64,000 nt of DNA, from NCBI GenBank assembly GCA_030265395.1, contig JARFYF010000050.1, forward strand, positions 29,913,632 through 29,977,631, read 5' to 3'. Positions within the stretch are counted from its first letter, which is position 1. Each line of letters opens with the position of its first letter. The stretch is from Rhina ancylostomus. Taxonomy: Eukaryota. Positions 1-11,150 of the stretch are shown in pieces. The notes beneath the pieces are model-generated. The model saw nothing but the letters and a program-made list of their open reading frames with translations, ran no database searches and was not told the origin of the DNA. Both the position numbers and the translations under genes were made by a program.

Positions 1-405
1 GTGAGTGAGCTGGGGCTTTTCTCTTTAAAGAGGAGGAGGATGAGAGATGACTTGATGGAGGTGTACAAGATAATAAGAGGCATATATCGACTGTACAGTC
101 AGAGACTTTTTTCCCAGGATGAAAGTGGCATAATTTTAAGGTGATTGGAGGAAGGTACGGGGGAGATGTCAGAGAGATATTTTTTACACAGACAGTGGTG
201 AGTGCGTGGAACACACTGACAGCAGAGGTTGTGGAGGCAGATACATTAGGGACATTTAAGAGACTCTTAGATAGCCACATGAATGATAGAAAAATGAAGG
301 GCTATGTGGGAGGGAAGGGTTAGATAGATCTTAGAGCAGGATAAAAATGTCAGCACAACATCGTGGGCCAAAGGGCCTGTACTGTGCTGTAATGTTCAAT
401 GTTCT
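1..405 (+). mobile_element. CR1 LINE 3' fragment
   Basis: ORF2 C-terminal motif (LGLFSL.RRRMR.DL.EVYKI; FFTQ.VV.AWN.L) and CR1 3'UTR ending gggccaaagggcctgtactgtgctgtaatgttc. Confidence 0.9.
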
Positions 406-1117
406 AAATGGCGCTGCTGAGGGACCACTGACTCTGGTGGCATGCGTTGCCAAACCCCAACTTCACAGCAACAAGTCCATTCATACCAACAATAGTGGAT
501 GTGCACTGACTGAATATGCACACAATCACTGGAGGACACCCTATCTAACGTTCCTATAGTTACACAAGGAAATGAAAGGTGTTGCAAACCAACATCAGCC
601 ACTGCAGTTGTCAGAGTGGAGGAGTGGGTGCAGCTCCCTTTGTTTATAATACACTTGTTTCACTCTGGAGACAGAGGGGATGTGTTGATATTTGTCAGCT
701 GTTGAAGGTTGGAACTTTGAGATATTTCAACCTTGTTTCCCCTGTGGACGCATTCCAAGGCACAAGAAGTGCCTCAAAGTTCAGCTGGAGCTACAGCTTA
801 ATATCTTAACCGTCTCCTAACTGTGTATTTTATTAGACTGTGTATACAGTTTTGATATTATTCATGAATGTTGGAAATTTTTGGTGACTTGCTGGTATTC
901 TGATCTGCCTCATATCACTGTGATGTCAGCGAGTGCACAATACATGGTTTTGGAAGTGAACTAATGCAACTCACCAGGCATATGTGGGCAGTTAAAATGT
1001 GGATATCACGATATTTGATCAAAAAGTAGCAACAGGAAGCAGTGGATCCCACAGATGTGGTAGTGGATTAACAGGTATACTGCATGATTATTGGTTTATC
1101 CTGCTGTGTATCTGACA

Positions 1118-1458
1118 GGGAGCACAGTGGTGCAGCTAGTAGAGCTGCTGCCTTAGAGCTCCAATGATCCTGGTTCAGTCTTGATCTCGGGTGCTGTCCA
1201 TGTGGAGTTTGCACGTTCTCCCTGGGATCCTCATGGGTTTCCTCTTGAGTGCACCAGTTTACTCCCATATTCCAAAGACCTGCAGGCTTGTAGGTTAATT
1301 GGTCACTCTGAAGTGGATCAGTGAACAACAGAATTTGGGGGGGGGGGGAGTTGATGGGAATATGGGAAGAATAAAATGGAATTTGTGTAAATGGGTTCTT
1401 GATGGTCAGTGAGCATTCAGTTTGCTGAAGGACATTTTTCAGTCTCTATGGCTGTATG
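1118..1458 (+). mobile_element. tRNA-derived V-SINE (HE1-like) with CR1-type tail
   Basis: tRNA-like head cagtggtgcagctagtagagctgctgcc, V-domain ggagtttgcacgttctccc...tgggtttcctc...tcccatattccaaagac. Similar copies occur elsewhere in the window. Confidence 0.85.
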
Positions 1459-1994
1459 AAATGGGTTTCAACATTGGCTCTGCAGATTAAAAAGGGCAGA
1501 TTAACTTGTTTCCTGCACTGAACATGTTAATCAAAGATTCACAATATAACATAAACTGGGTATGACTACAGCTTCAAACATCATATCTAAAGAGTTTATA
1601 GCTCTACTATAGGAAAAAATAAATTTGACACACATTTAGGCTCATTTGCAGTTTCACCATCACTCTTGTGCTCTGGATAGTACCTGTTGTAACATGGTGT
1701 ACTTCTCTTTCTTGTTTGTCATTTGTTTTATTCTCCAGGAGTGTCTCCTTCCCTTGCTATTCTTCTGGACAATGCTACCCGCTTGGTTAAAGTGCCATGA
1801 ATGTCTTAAGACATTCACTTTCTCTTATACCAGTGCACTGTAGCTGCAAGGTAATGAACATCTTTAATAGAGTTTCACCACCCATCCTTAATATTCAAAG
1901 TCACAACAATCACCAAGTCCTCCACTATAAATATCTTACTAAATATTGACCAGAAATTTAACTGGAGTGGCCACATGAATACTGTGACTACAAG

Positions 1995-2530
1995 AACAAG
2001 TCAGAGGCTGGGTATCGTTCAATGAGTTGTCTATCTTCTGACTTCCCATCTACAAGACACAAAAAAGTAGTGTGAGGGAATACCCACCACTTATTCGTGT
2101 AAGTCCGACTCCAGCAGTGATCAAGATGCTCAACACCATTCAGGAAAAAGCTGCACACTTGTTTGGCATCCAATCCATTACCCAAGATATTCATACCCTC
2201 CACCGCTGGAACACAGCGCATACAGTGCGTACCATCTAGGATGTGCACTGCAGTTACTAACCCTGGCTACTTTGATAGCACCTTCCAAGAAAGACAAGGA
2301 CATTAGAAACACAACCACCTGCAAATGCCCTATCAAGTCACGTGTCATTGTGACTTGGATGTATATCGCGATTCATTCATTGTCACTGATATACAACCTA
2401 GAACTTTGGTCCAGTAGAATTGCAGGAGTATTTCATCAAATGGACAGCAGTGGTTCGAGAATGTTGCTCACTATGACCTTCTCAAGGGCAATTAGAGGTA
2501 GACAATAAATGCTGGTAATGCCCACATTCT
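1995..2530 (+). mobile_element. Old LINE 3' fragment (CR1/L2 group)
   Basis: Decayed RT C-terminal region and tail ctcaagggcaattagaggtagacaataaatgctgg. The same tail occurs at 55640-55710 and 55935-55990. Confidence 0.7.
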
Positions 2531-3149
2531 ACATTGAATAGGTAACAAAATAAAATGGACACAACCCTAAGTGAAACCATGTGGAATTCTAAAATCCTGC
2601 CAGTTATATCAAAGAATTGTAACAATGTAACAAATTGCAGCTAATTCTGCCAAGGGACAAGAAAATGATCAGGGAAATTGAACATGTGCACCTCTTGATT
2701 GATGGGCCAAGCAGTGTTATTGTTGGTACCTACAATGTTTGCCACACATCGTGAATAAAGAATGAAGGCGTGACTGGACAGAGAGAGTTCAGAATGTTGA
2801 GCAAATTAGGAAATAGGTACTGATTTAAAAAATGCAAGTTACCATGCCACTGAAAGCTCACTGATTACTTGGGTAAATGAATAAGATTTTAACACAAGCA
2901 CATGATTAAAAAATGAGAAGTTCCAGAAGATGATTGACAACGTAGGGAAGTGTTTTCACTCTGTGCTTAACCAGTAATTCAAACTAAATGGAGCTCAAGA
3001 TTGCAAAGGTTTTCGAATTGATTGTTTTGCTCAAGTTTCCAGACAAATTTATTTGCATATTCCCAAATGAAAATTCCTCAATGAACCACTGTTATCAAAT
3101 AGCAGCAACATAAAATTTGTGGAAAAAAGAATAACATATAAAAATATTA

Positions 3150-3465
3150 TTTGATAAAATCATAATGGAATCAGATAGGGTAAATGAAGGGAGAATGTGC
3201 CCAGTAACAGGTTCAAGGATCAGGGGACACAAATTTAGAGTCAATGGCAATAGATATAGGGCTGGGCATAAGGATACCAAGTAGTTATGACCTGGACTAC
3301 ACAAGTTGAAAGTGTGCTGGATGCAGATTCCAATAGAATTTAATAAATTTTTAAGGTTTAAAAAAGATCAGGGAAAGATTTGGGATGTTAGGCTGACTGA
3401 ATTGCTCAATGAGGACCTAGTATGGGCCAGAAAGGCTGAACGGTCACTTTCTGTGCTGCAGTGAT
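3150..3465 (+). mobile_element. Degenerate CR1 3' end
   Basis: aggggacacaaatttagagtc...; tail gggccagaaaggctgaacggtcactttctgtgctg. Confidence 0.6.
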
Positions 3466-3726
3466 AAATGTAAGAGTGGTAACCTGGTACAGTATTTTGC
3501 TCAGAATATCTTTTCCACTGCAGAAGATTTGCCTAATTTTAAATTGTAGAAAATGACTTCCAAAATCTGTGCAGAATGATTTACGGCTATCACTGGTGTA
3601 CAGTAGCCAGTTTCTTAATAAATTAAATCTTTTACTAGCAAAGCTTTTTCATGGTCATACAGCTGAAGGAAGTTCAATTTTAAGAATGTCCTTAAAGGGT
3701 CATGAAAACATACAATTAGTATTAGA

Positions 3727-4069
3727 AAAACAAAGGACTATAGATGCTGGAATCTAGATGAAAAACACCTTGATGCTGCAGAAACTCAGCAGGCCAGGCC
3801 GCCTCTGTGGAGAATCTGGCAGCCTCTGGTGGGTCTGCTCTCCCCTCCTCCCCGGCACCTGCCTCGCNNNNNNNNNNTCTTGTGCCCACCCTGCCTCCCC
3901 TCTTTTGTCCACCTATCACTGCTCTGCTTTTCCCTCGTATACACTGGGCTTCCCCTTTTCCTATGTTCAGTCCTGAAGAAGGGCCCTGACTCAAAACATT
4001 GACCACCTGCTTTTCTCCACGGATGCTGCCTGGCCTGCTGAGTTCCTCCAGCACCATAGTGTTTTTCAT
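3727..4069. mobile_element. Penelope-derived fold-back element with hammerhead-like motif
   Basis: Inverted arms (atgaaaaacac...ctcagcaggccaggc / gcctggcctgctgag...gtgtttttcat). CTGAAGA-AGGG...CTC-AAAAC motif at 3970-4003. Confidence 0.7.
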
Positions 4070-4284
4070 ACAATTAGTATTGGTGAAGGTTGAAAAAATG
4101 TGATCTTTTGGCTGACTTGGCCAATTTTGGGCAAATTGTGAAACTTTGCAATCTATGTAAGTGGAAAAATATTGCCAAAGTACATTTAAATCAGGCAGAT
4201 GTACACAAGAAGGAAAAACAGGCAACATGCTTACTCTATGAATGATAACGAAACAGCTAACTTTTGAGATAGCCCATCAGATTT

Positions 4285-5290
4285 AAGGATGATTGGCTTT
4301 CTGTCTGGTTCTTTGGATTCTGAAGTGGCTGATGAGGCCACTTTAGGAAGGAGAGATGATTGACAGGGTGAGTAGGTACAGTTTGGGTGGTGCTGAGCTC
4401 CTTCCACCAATCACATTGGTCTTTTGCCTGTTCCCAGTGAAGGGGTTCTCAAGGCCATTCCAAGTATTCCTTCTCTATTTTGAGTGATCATGGGCCAGAG
4501 ACTTAATGAATTGGTGGGAATGCCACATTTTTTCAAAAAGGCATTGAGAACATCCTTGAATCTATTGCTCTGTCCACATGATTATTTTTTGCACGGCATA
4601 GATTGTCTATTTTGGGAGTCTGATACCAGGCATACAAACGATGTAGTCTGGCTACTGGAGGCACTGAGTAATTAGGCTATTAGTACTGGGGAAGTTGGCT
4701 TAGAAGAGGATGCCAACGTTGGGTCTCTTATCTTACCAGTTGATTTAGAACATCTTGTGGAGTTAGTGTTGGTGGTACGTCACCAAATGCCTGGAGATAC
4801 CTGTTGTAGGTGATCATTGCTGCCCAGAAGTCCATGAGCTTTGTGCTAGGTTTGAGGTCCTGATCTTCAAACACACTTTTCTCCATTTGGCCAAGGTAAT
4901 GGAGAATTTTATCAACTTTTCTGAGAAGCAGCTACAGAGGTGTGTGTCTTGTTATGAATCTTTATTGTCAGAGTCGTCATGCAGCGGGAGGACCTTTGCT
5001 TTGTGGCCAGTTACTGTAAGTCCCATTCGCTCATACGCAGTTGACAATGACTTGAAGATAGGACTCTGAATATATGCAGACACATGCGTCATCTGCATAC
5101 TAAGCTGGATGGCTGAAATTGGGATGGCCATGGTTTTTGAATGGAAGTGACATAGGTTGAACAGTTTTCCATCTGATTAGATTAGATTTCCTGTATTGTG
5201 TCTTCACTCCAGCAAAAAGGAGGTCAGGTGCCACACTGCTGTGAGAAAGGTTGAGAAAAGTTTTCTTCCATGACCGCAGTCTGCATTGAC
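4285..5290 (-). mobile_element. RTE-clade LINE, decayed RT and 3' end
   Basis: Reverse strand reads DGKLFN (~5158-5172), YADDACVC (RT catalytic motif, ~5076-5099) and FKDVLNAFLKKCGI (~4520-4560), all typical of RTE ORFs. Stops and frameshifts present. Confidence 0.85.
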
Positions 5291-5518
5291 ATTGGGTTAA
5301 ATTTTAGAAGAAAGACTGAGTATAACTGTATAGGTTTTATTTTTGGTGAGTTGATACTTTAAAAACTGCTATCCAGTTCTAATCTTGAAGGAAAATTGGA
5401 CCATTTTGGTGACAGCACTAAGACAGTGGATATCTCACCAGTGCTTGAGGAAAGATATTTGAGGAGAAATTGGATAGAGCAGGAAAGCATACACTAGGAT
5501 CATGATGTGAGAGTAACC

Positions 5519-5811
5519 NNNNNNNNNNNNNNNNNNNNNNNNNNNNNNNNNNNNNNNNNNNNNNNNNNNNNNNNNNNNNNNNNNNNNNNNNNNNNNNNNN
5601 NNNNNNNNNNNNNNNNNNCACTGCACTTTCTCTGTAGCTGTGACACTTTACTCTGTACTGTTATTGTTTTTACCTGTACTACATCAATGCACTGTACTAA
5701 CCCAATGTAACTGCACTGTGTAATGAATTGAACTGTACAATCGGTATGTAAGACAAGTTTTTCACTGTACCTCAGTACAAGTGACAATAATAAACCAATA
5801 CCAATACCAAT
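5519..5811 (+). mobile_element. LINE 3' tail (Rex1/Babar-like), partly N-masked
   Basis: Ends gtgacaataataaaccaataccaatacca. Reverse-complement copies at 34268-34505 and 37326-37612. Family name from recall. Confidence 0.7.
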
Positions 5812-5903
5812 GTCCTCATCACAATATGCCCTTCCTCCTATTTTCCTGTCATTGGCAAACCAAGAAGCCTTGCATTCATTCCCATCTCCAGGTCATTAAT
5901 GAC
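5812..5903 (-). mobile_element. CR1 RT fragment (inverted)
   Basis: Reverse strand gives INDLEMG...FANDRKIGGRAYCDED, a decayed CR1 INDL..FADDTKIGG motif. Confidence 0.7.
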
Positions 5904-5914
5904 AAGTGCATCCT

Positions 5915-6545
5915 TGTTAAGGAGTATTGAGGGACCGAGGAACCTCAGTGTACAGGTCCAAGGATCCCTGAAGGCAGCAGCAGAGGGTGGTGAAGAATGT
6001 GTGTGGGATACTTGCCTTCATTAGCCAGAGGCTAGGACACCAGAGCAGGGAGGTTACGGTACGACTTTCTAAATCATTGGTTAGCTGCAGGTGGAGCACT
6101 GTGTGCCGCTCCGGTCATGACACTAGGGGAAGGATGTGACTGCACTGGAGAGGATGCAGAGGAGATTCACTGGGATGTTGCCTGGGGTGGAGTGTTTCAG
6201 TAATAAAGAGAGACAGAGATGTTTAGCACGCAGGAGACTGAGGTATGCAGAATTAGGAAGGGCATATATAGGAGAGATGATAGGAAACCTTTCCCTGCTG
6301 CAGAGGTGACTAAGCCTCTTTAAGGTAAGAGGCAGAGGGGATCTAAGGAAGAGGGTGTAATCTGGAATGCAAAGCCTGATGGGGTGGTGCAGGCAGAGAC
6401 CCTCACAACAACTAGGAAGTATCTTAATGAGCAGTTGAATCACCAAAGGACAGGAGGCAATGGACCAAGTGGGGGTTGTTACCGTTGGGTACAGGCAGGG
6501 AGGGCCAAAGGGCCTGTTTCTGTGCTCTGTGAATCGACGATTCTG
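5915..6545 (+). mobile_element. CR1 LINE 3' fragment
   Basis: RDLGV-like start, LERMQRRFTGMLPG motif, 3'UTR gggccaaagggcctgtttctgtgctctgtg. Confidence 0.88.
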
Positions 6546-6877
6546 TGATGGAAACAGAGGGGATTGTTTTGCAGGGGCAGAGGAAACACAACATCCCTGG
6601 ACAGTCACCAGACCCTCCTAACACACCGTCCATGCAAAACGTGCAGCTGATTTGCCTGCCTCTGCTTGGGGTTCTGACCGATGGCTCCCTGTTTCATTTG
6701 ATTATCAAATGTCTTTTACTTCACTGTGCACAGTGTGTCAGATCCAGATCAGACTCAGCAACCTGCACCATTTGCCTGCCTGTTGTCTGCACCTGCGTAC
6801 GAGTTGGAGCAGGGAAGCTCCAGCCCATGCGATGTGTTACCTGAGTTATCCCAGGTTTGGTCCCAGGAATGTGTATA

Positions 6878-7068
6878 AGATATCTTTGTCAGTCCGATGT
6901 ACATCGAAACACACAGTGAAATGTATCTTTTGCATAGAATGTGCTGGGGGCAGCCCGCAAGTGTTGCCACACTTCCAGCGCCAACATAGCATTCCCACAA
7001 CTTCCTAAGCTTTGGAATGTGGGAGGAAACCAGAGGACCCAGAGGAAACCCACCCAGTCACAGGGAAC
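6878..7068 (-). mobile_element. V-SINE with Rex1-like tail (partial)
   Basis: Reverse complement of the copies at 19100-19300 and 22808-23103. Confidence 0.85.
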
Positions 7069-7292
7069 ATTTCTCAACAATTACACCAATACCCTCACAT
7101 ATCACCTCATTCTATACCCACAGATCTGCAGATCACTCATCTAATAGTAGTATCTATCAAACCTGATGATGAAATGTTCATATGTCCCATCACACCTCAC
7201 GCACTTATCAATACTCCAGACCTCATACTTGAATCTCACAGTTTCCACACATCGCTAGCAATTAAAGCTATGGCCGTCACATCACCCGAATA

Positions 7293-7352
7293 TGGGGCAG
7301 CACAATAGCGTAGCGGTTAGTGTAACGCTTTTACAGCACCAACAAACCTGGG
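7293..7352 (+). mobile_element. SINE tRNA-like head only
   Basis: ggggcagcacaatagcgtagcggttagtgtaacgct matches the head at 22808. Confidence 0.65.
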
Positions 7353-7529
7353 TGGAGTGGGAATACTTACAAGCTGAAGTACATCATTTCTGTAGCTGGG
7401 AAGAGAGTCTTGACCAGAACTAATGCCGCTACCAGGGAATCCATGTCTATGGCAGGGCAAAGATCAGTACAGATGATATTATAATAATATCAAGTAATCC
7501 ATCTCAATTCCCTTTATTTCTCATTCTGA

Positions 7530-8260
7530 GTTTTCTTGCAGATGGTGTCAGAATGATATTGATCAGTTGGTAAGATGGGCTGAATAATGCCAGGTGGAAT
7601 CCAGCCCTGAATCGCAAAGTGATGCATTTTGAAAGTTCTAATAAGGGTAGGACATACTTGGATATATTGAGGAACAGAGGGACCCTGGTGAACAAGTACA
7701 AGGATCCCTGAAGGTGGCAATACAAGTAGATTACATGCTGAAGAAAGCCTTCATTAACTGGGGCATAGAATATAAGAGCAGGGAGGTTATAGTACAACTG
7801 TCTAAAGCATGGTTAGGCTACAGCTGGTGTACTGTGTACCCTTCTGGTCACCACACTACAGGAAAGATATGATTACACTGGCAAAGCAAGTTCACCAGGA
7901 CTTTGCTTATGATGAAGCTTTACAGTTATGAGGAGAGATTCCGTAGGCTAGGTTTATTTTCCTTGGAGCAGTGGAGGCTGAGGGGGGACCTGATAGAGGT
8001 ATACAAAATTATGCAGACCACATATAGGTTGGACAGTAGAAAATATTTCCCCCTTAGCAGGTGTCTAAAACTAGAGTTTAGAGTAAGGGGGAAGAAATTT
8101 GGAGAGAATCTGAGGAAGAATTTTTTTCACACAGAGGATTATTGGAATCTGGAACGCACTCCCTGAGGGGTTAGTGGAATTAGGGACTTATACAAGCATC
8201 GAAATGAGCCAAGGCATAGAAGGCTACAGACCAAATGCTGGAAAATGGGATTAGTATAGA
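7530..8260 (+). mobile_element. CR1 LINE 3' fragment
   Basis: ORF-track peptide YSYEERFRRLGLFSLEQWRLRGDLIEVYKIM is the CR1 ORF2 C-terminus. Frameshifted upstream. Confidence 0.92.
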
Positions 8261-8751
8261 GGCCTGTACCAGAGCCCTTCCTCCACTTGCCTTTTCCGGT
8301 CCTCGGGCCCGCTCATCCTCCTCCCTGCCTTGCTAAGTGCCCAGAAGAACATCTGGNNNNNNNNNNCAAAATGGATCATGACAGGTGAGTTCCAGCCACA
8401 GCAGTCTCTTTGCAGGCGACAGGTTTACATCATCAATGATGCCCGCAAAATATTTCTGTTAAACATCCAGACCTCCTTGCCAATCAACAACAAGCTTGCA
8501 AATCATTTGAGAATCACTTTAAATACCAGAGGTAGGGAGAGGGGACAGCAGTGGTAGTAGGGGGTCATTCCTTCCTCCAGCTAAACGGCAGGTATCCCGT
8601 GTGTGAATAACTTGTTGTGCCGGCTGGATTATCACAACTCAATTTGCCATGACTGATGCTACCAATTGCATACTTCGCATACTTCTGGCTTGAGCGGGCA
8701 TTGAATGCTGTTTCATATAACCCAGTTTGGCATGTAGCCCAATCGGCATGA

Positions 8752-9050
8752 AATGGAGGTGGCGTAGTTGCTGCCACACAGCTTCCGGGACTCAGGTCCA
8801 ATCCTGATCTCCTGTGCTGCCAGTGTGGAGTTCTCCCTGTGACCAACTACATGTATTTCCCCCAGGTGCTCCAGTTTTCTCCCACATAGCAAAGACATGC
8901 TGCTGTAAATTACTTCCAGTGTCAGTGAACAGAATTCACAACAGAAGGTGAACAGTTAATGGATATGTGTAAGAGAATCGCTTGTGAGAGAACGGGGTTG
9001 ATGTGATTGCTCTGAGACCCAGTAGGTCTAAATGGCCTCATTCTGTGCCA
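8752..9050 (+). mobile_element. V-SINE (HE1-like)
   Basis: gtgtggagttctccctgtgacc...ggtgctccagttttctcccacat and CR1-type tail aatggcctcattctgtgcc. Confidence 0.75.
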
Positions 9051-9519
9051 TAAGATAGCAAGAAATATGTGCAATCATGATTCGTGGTGGAAAATGAAAA
9101 AAGGCAGCACCGGTGTCACATAAAATATCTTGCTATGTTGCCCAGTCTATCCCTCTTGCACATTGTGCAAAAATCTGGGAACTAAGGTTAAAGTAGTACT
9201 TAAAATAATAAAAGAAGTTNNNNNNNGCACAAAAACAAAACGACCATAAGTACAATAGAAGGAGTTATTAAAGAGAAGAATGGTCATGGGAAGTTAGTTC
9301 TTCAAATATCAACATAATAGAATCGGCTCCCAGAAAGAGTGGAGGAGACAAGAAGTCTGGAATCTTTAAAGAAATAATTAGATATTGCAATAAAATGACT
9401 CACTGAATATATTAAAATGTCCTTCCTCAGCAGAAATTATTCTGTAATCTGGTGACTCTAAATGATTTTTTTAGGTAAATCCCAGATTATTATACTTGTT
9501 TTCTTTGCATTGCAATATT

Positions 9520-9960
9520 AATCTAACCTGTATTTATCAACTGCAACTGGAGTAATCTTTCAGATGTTTTACATGGCTGGCACTAATCTACATTACGTCC
9601 TGATGGAATGTCTGGAAACAGCTGACACCTGTCAAATGAATATCAGAAGCTGGGTCCCATGCGGGGAGGCACTTGAAAATCTAAAATGTATCTGAGCAAA
9701 TGGAGTAAATTATCTTTTATCAAAGTGGGGGGGATGGAGGGGGTGGTGTTGGGCAGATGGCTAGCTAAAGGTGTAAAAGGCTGTTTTATCTTATCAACTG
9801 TCAGACAGAAAGGCAATTAGCTGCTGCTGGTTGGAAAATAGCCTAACAGCTTATTTACTCTAAAGTTGTAAACATGTGTGGCAATTTACTGAAATGTTAA
9901 TTTTAACCCTTGGGCTGCCAGCAGCTTTAGCAAAAAGCTCATCTTCCTGATTTGAGGTTT
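9520..9960. promoter_or_regulatory. Candidate cardiac/smooth-muscle enhancer of MYOCD
   Basis: Non-repetitive segment with TEAD TGGAATGT (9604), T-box TGACACCT (9623) and AGGTGTAA (9769), NKX2-5 CACTTGA (9670), paired GATA sites (9710/9717, 9786/9791), FOX TTGTAAACA (~9866) and MEF2-like TGGAAAATAG (~9832). Confidence 0.55.
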
Positions 9961-10974
9961 GTAAGTCTTCAAGACACTTGGAGATATTGAGAGTAATAAT
10001 AGTGTAAAAACTGAGGTATTCCTGTTGTTTAAGTTACTTTATTAGTGTAAAAGTAATTTTAAATTTCTTTGAAATAAGAAAAAAAATCATTGCAGAAAGA
10101 ATTCATCACTTTATCTGTCCTGTCTTGATTTCTGTTCTGTTTTAGGATTTGAGCAATCCTGACAATGCCTTATTTGCTGGTCTGACAATCCCTGATCCTG
10201 TATTATCAGAACTTCTCCTTAAACTGCTGCCCTTTGTTGGGTTAACACCCCCACAATTGTGATTGCAGGTGAATTCCAGATATTGACATGTACTTGGTAA
10301 AGGATTGCCGATTTCAGGTGAAGCCTTAGTCTGTAGTAAAACTCAATAATCCAGCCAGCTTTGGTGGTGTCAGACTGGCAGACTTTCTGGAAAATTGGAT
10401 ATTATTCTCCAATGATAGCCCAACACACTTTTAACTCCTTTTTATGTCAAATAAAATAATAATACATTTTTCGGTGAATCTGCTGAGTTTAAAGGGAGCA
10501 CAGGAACTGGGATGGCAGGGAGAGGAGGGGCAGTATGGGAAGCAGGGCACCAGTGAGATGAAGGGGAGTGCAGAAAACATAACCTGGTGAGCCAGATGTC
10601 AACCCTTGGGATTTCCGAATAGTCAGATCATGGATGATCAAAGTTTTACTCTAATTATATATGAAGTTCAATTTGTCATTGAGTGTATTGAGTGGATGGA
10701 AACTACTGAACTGTTCTCATATTCCTTCATCATCTATTTTAACAGCAAGTTTAATTGATTCCATATAAATGTTTTAACAACTTGTTTAAATTACAAGCAC
10801 AAGGATTTTGGGTCAGTGTGCTTAACATGCATACACTATTATCACCCAGTGATTGTTTGTGTATCCGACCATCTCTGGCTCCGTTTTTACTCCAACTTCA
10901 TCCCTTGATGTTTCTTTTCTCACAATCTCCTTTGATCTGTAACACATCCATTTCTGGAATGGCCTAGTAGCAAT

Positions 10975-11150
10975 AAAAGCAAAATAAAAAGCTGCAAAAG
11001 CTCAACAAGTCAGACAGCAAAGAGAAGCCAAGTCAATGTTTCAGGTCAATGATTCTTTCCGTTCAGAGGTTGCCTGATCTGTTGAGCTTTCCTACCCTTC
11101 TTTGCTTTTGCTTCAAGTTTCCAGCATTGGTGGAGTTTTGCTTTTTCCTC
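10975..11150. mobile_element. Penelope-derived fold-back element (old)
   Basis: Arms aaagctcaacaagtcagacagc / gttgcctgatctgttgagcttt. Hammerhead remnant on the - strand at 11031-11066. Confidence 0.65.

Noticed and set aside
8263-8560. GC-richer stretch with a CAG|gtgagt donor, possible exon or Tx1/L1 fragment
   Set aside because: No recognisable peptide, interrupted by Ns and wedged between TEs; cannot be assigned.
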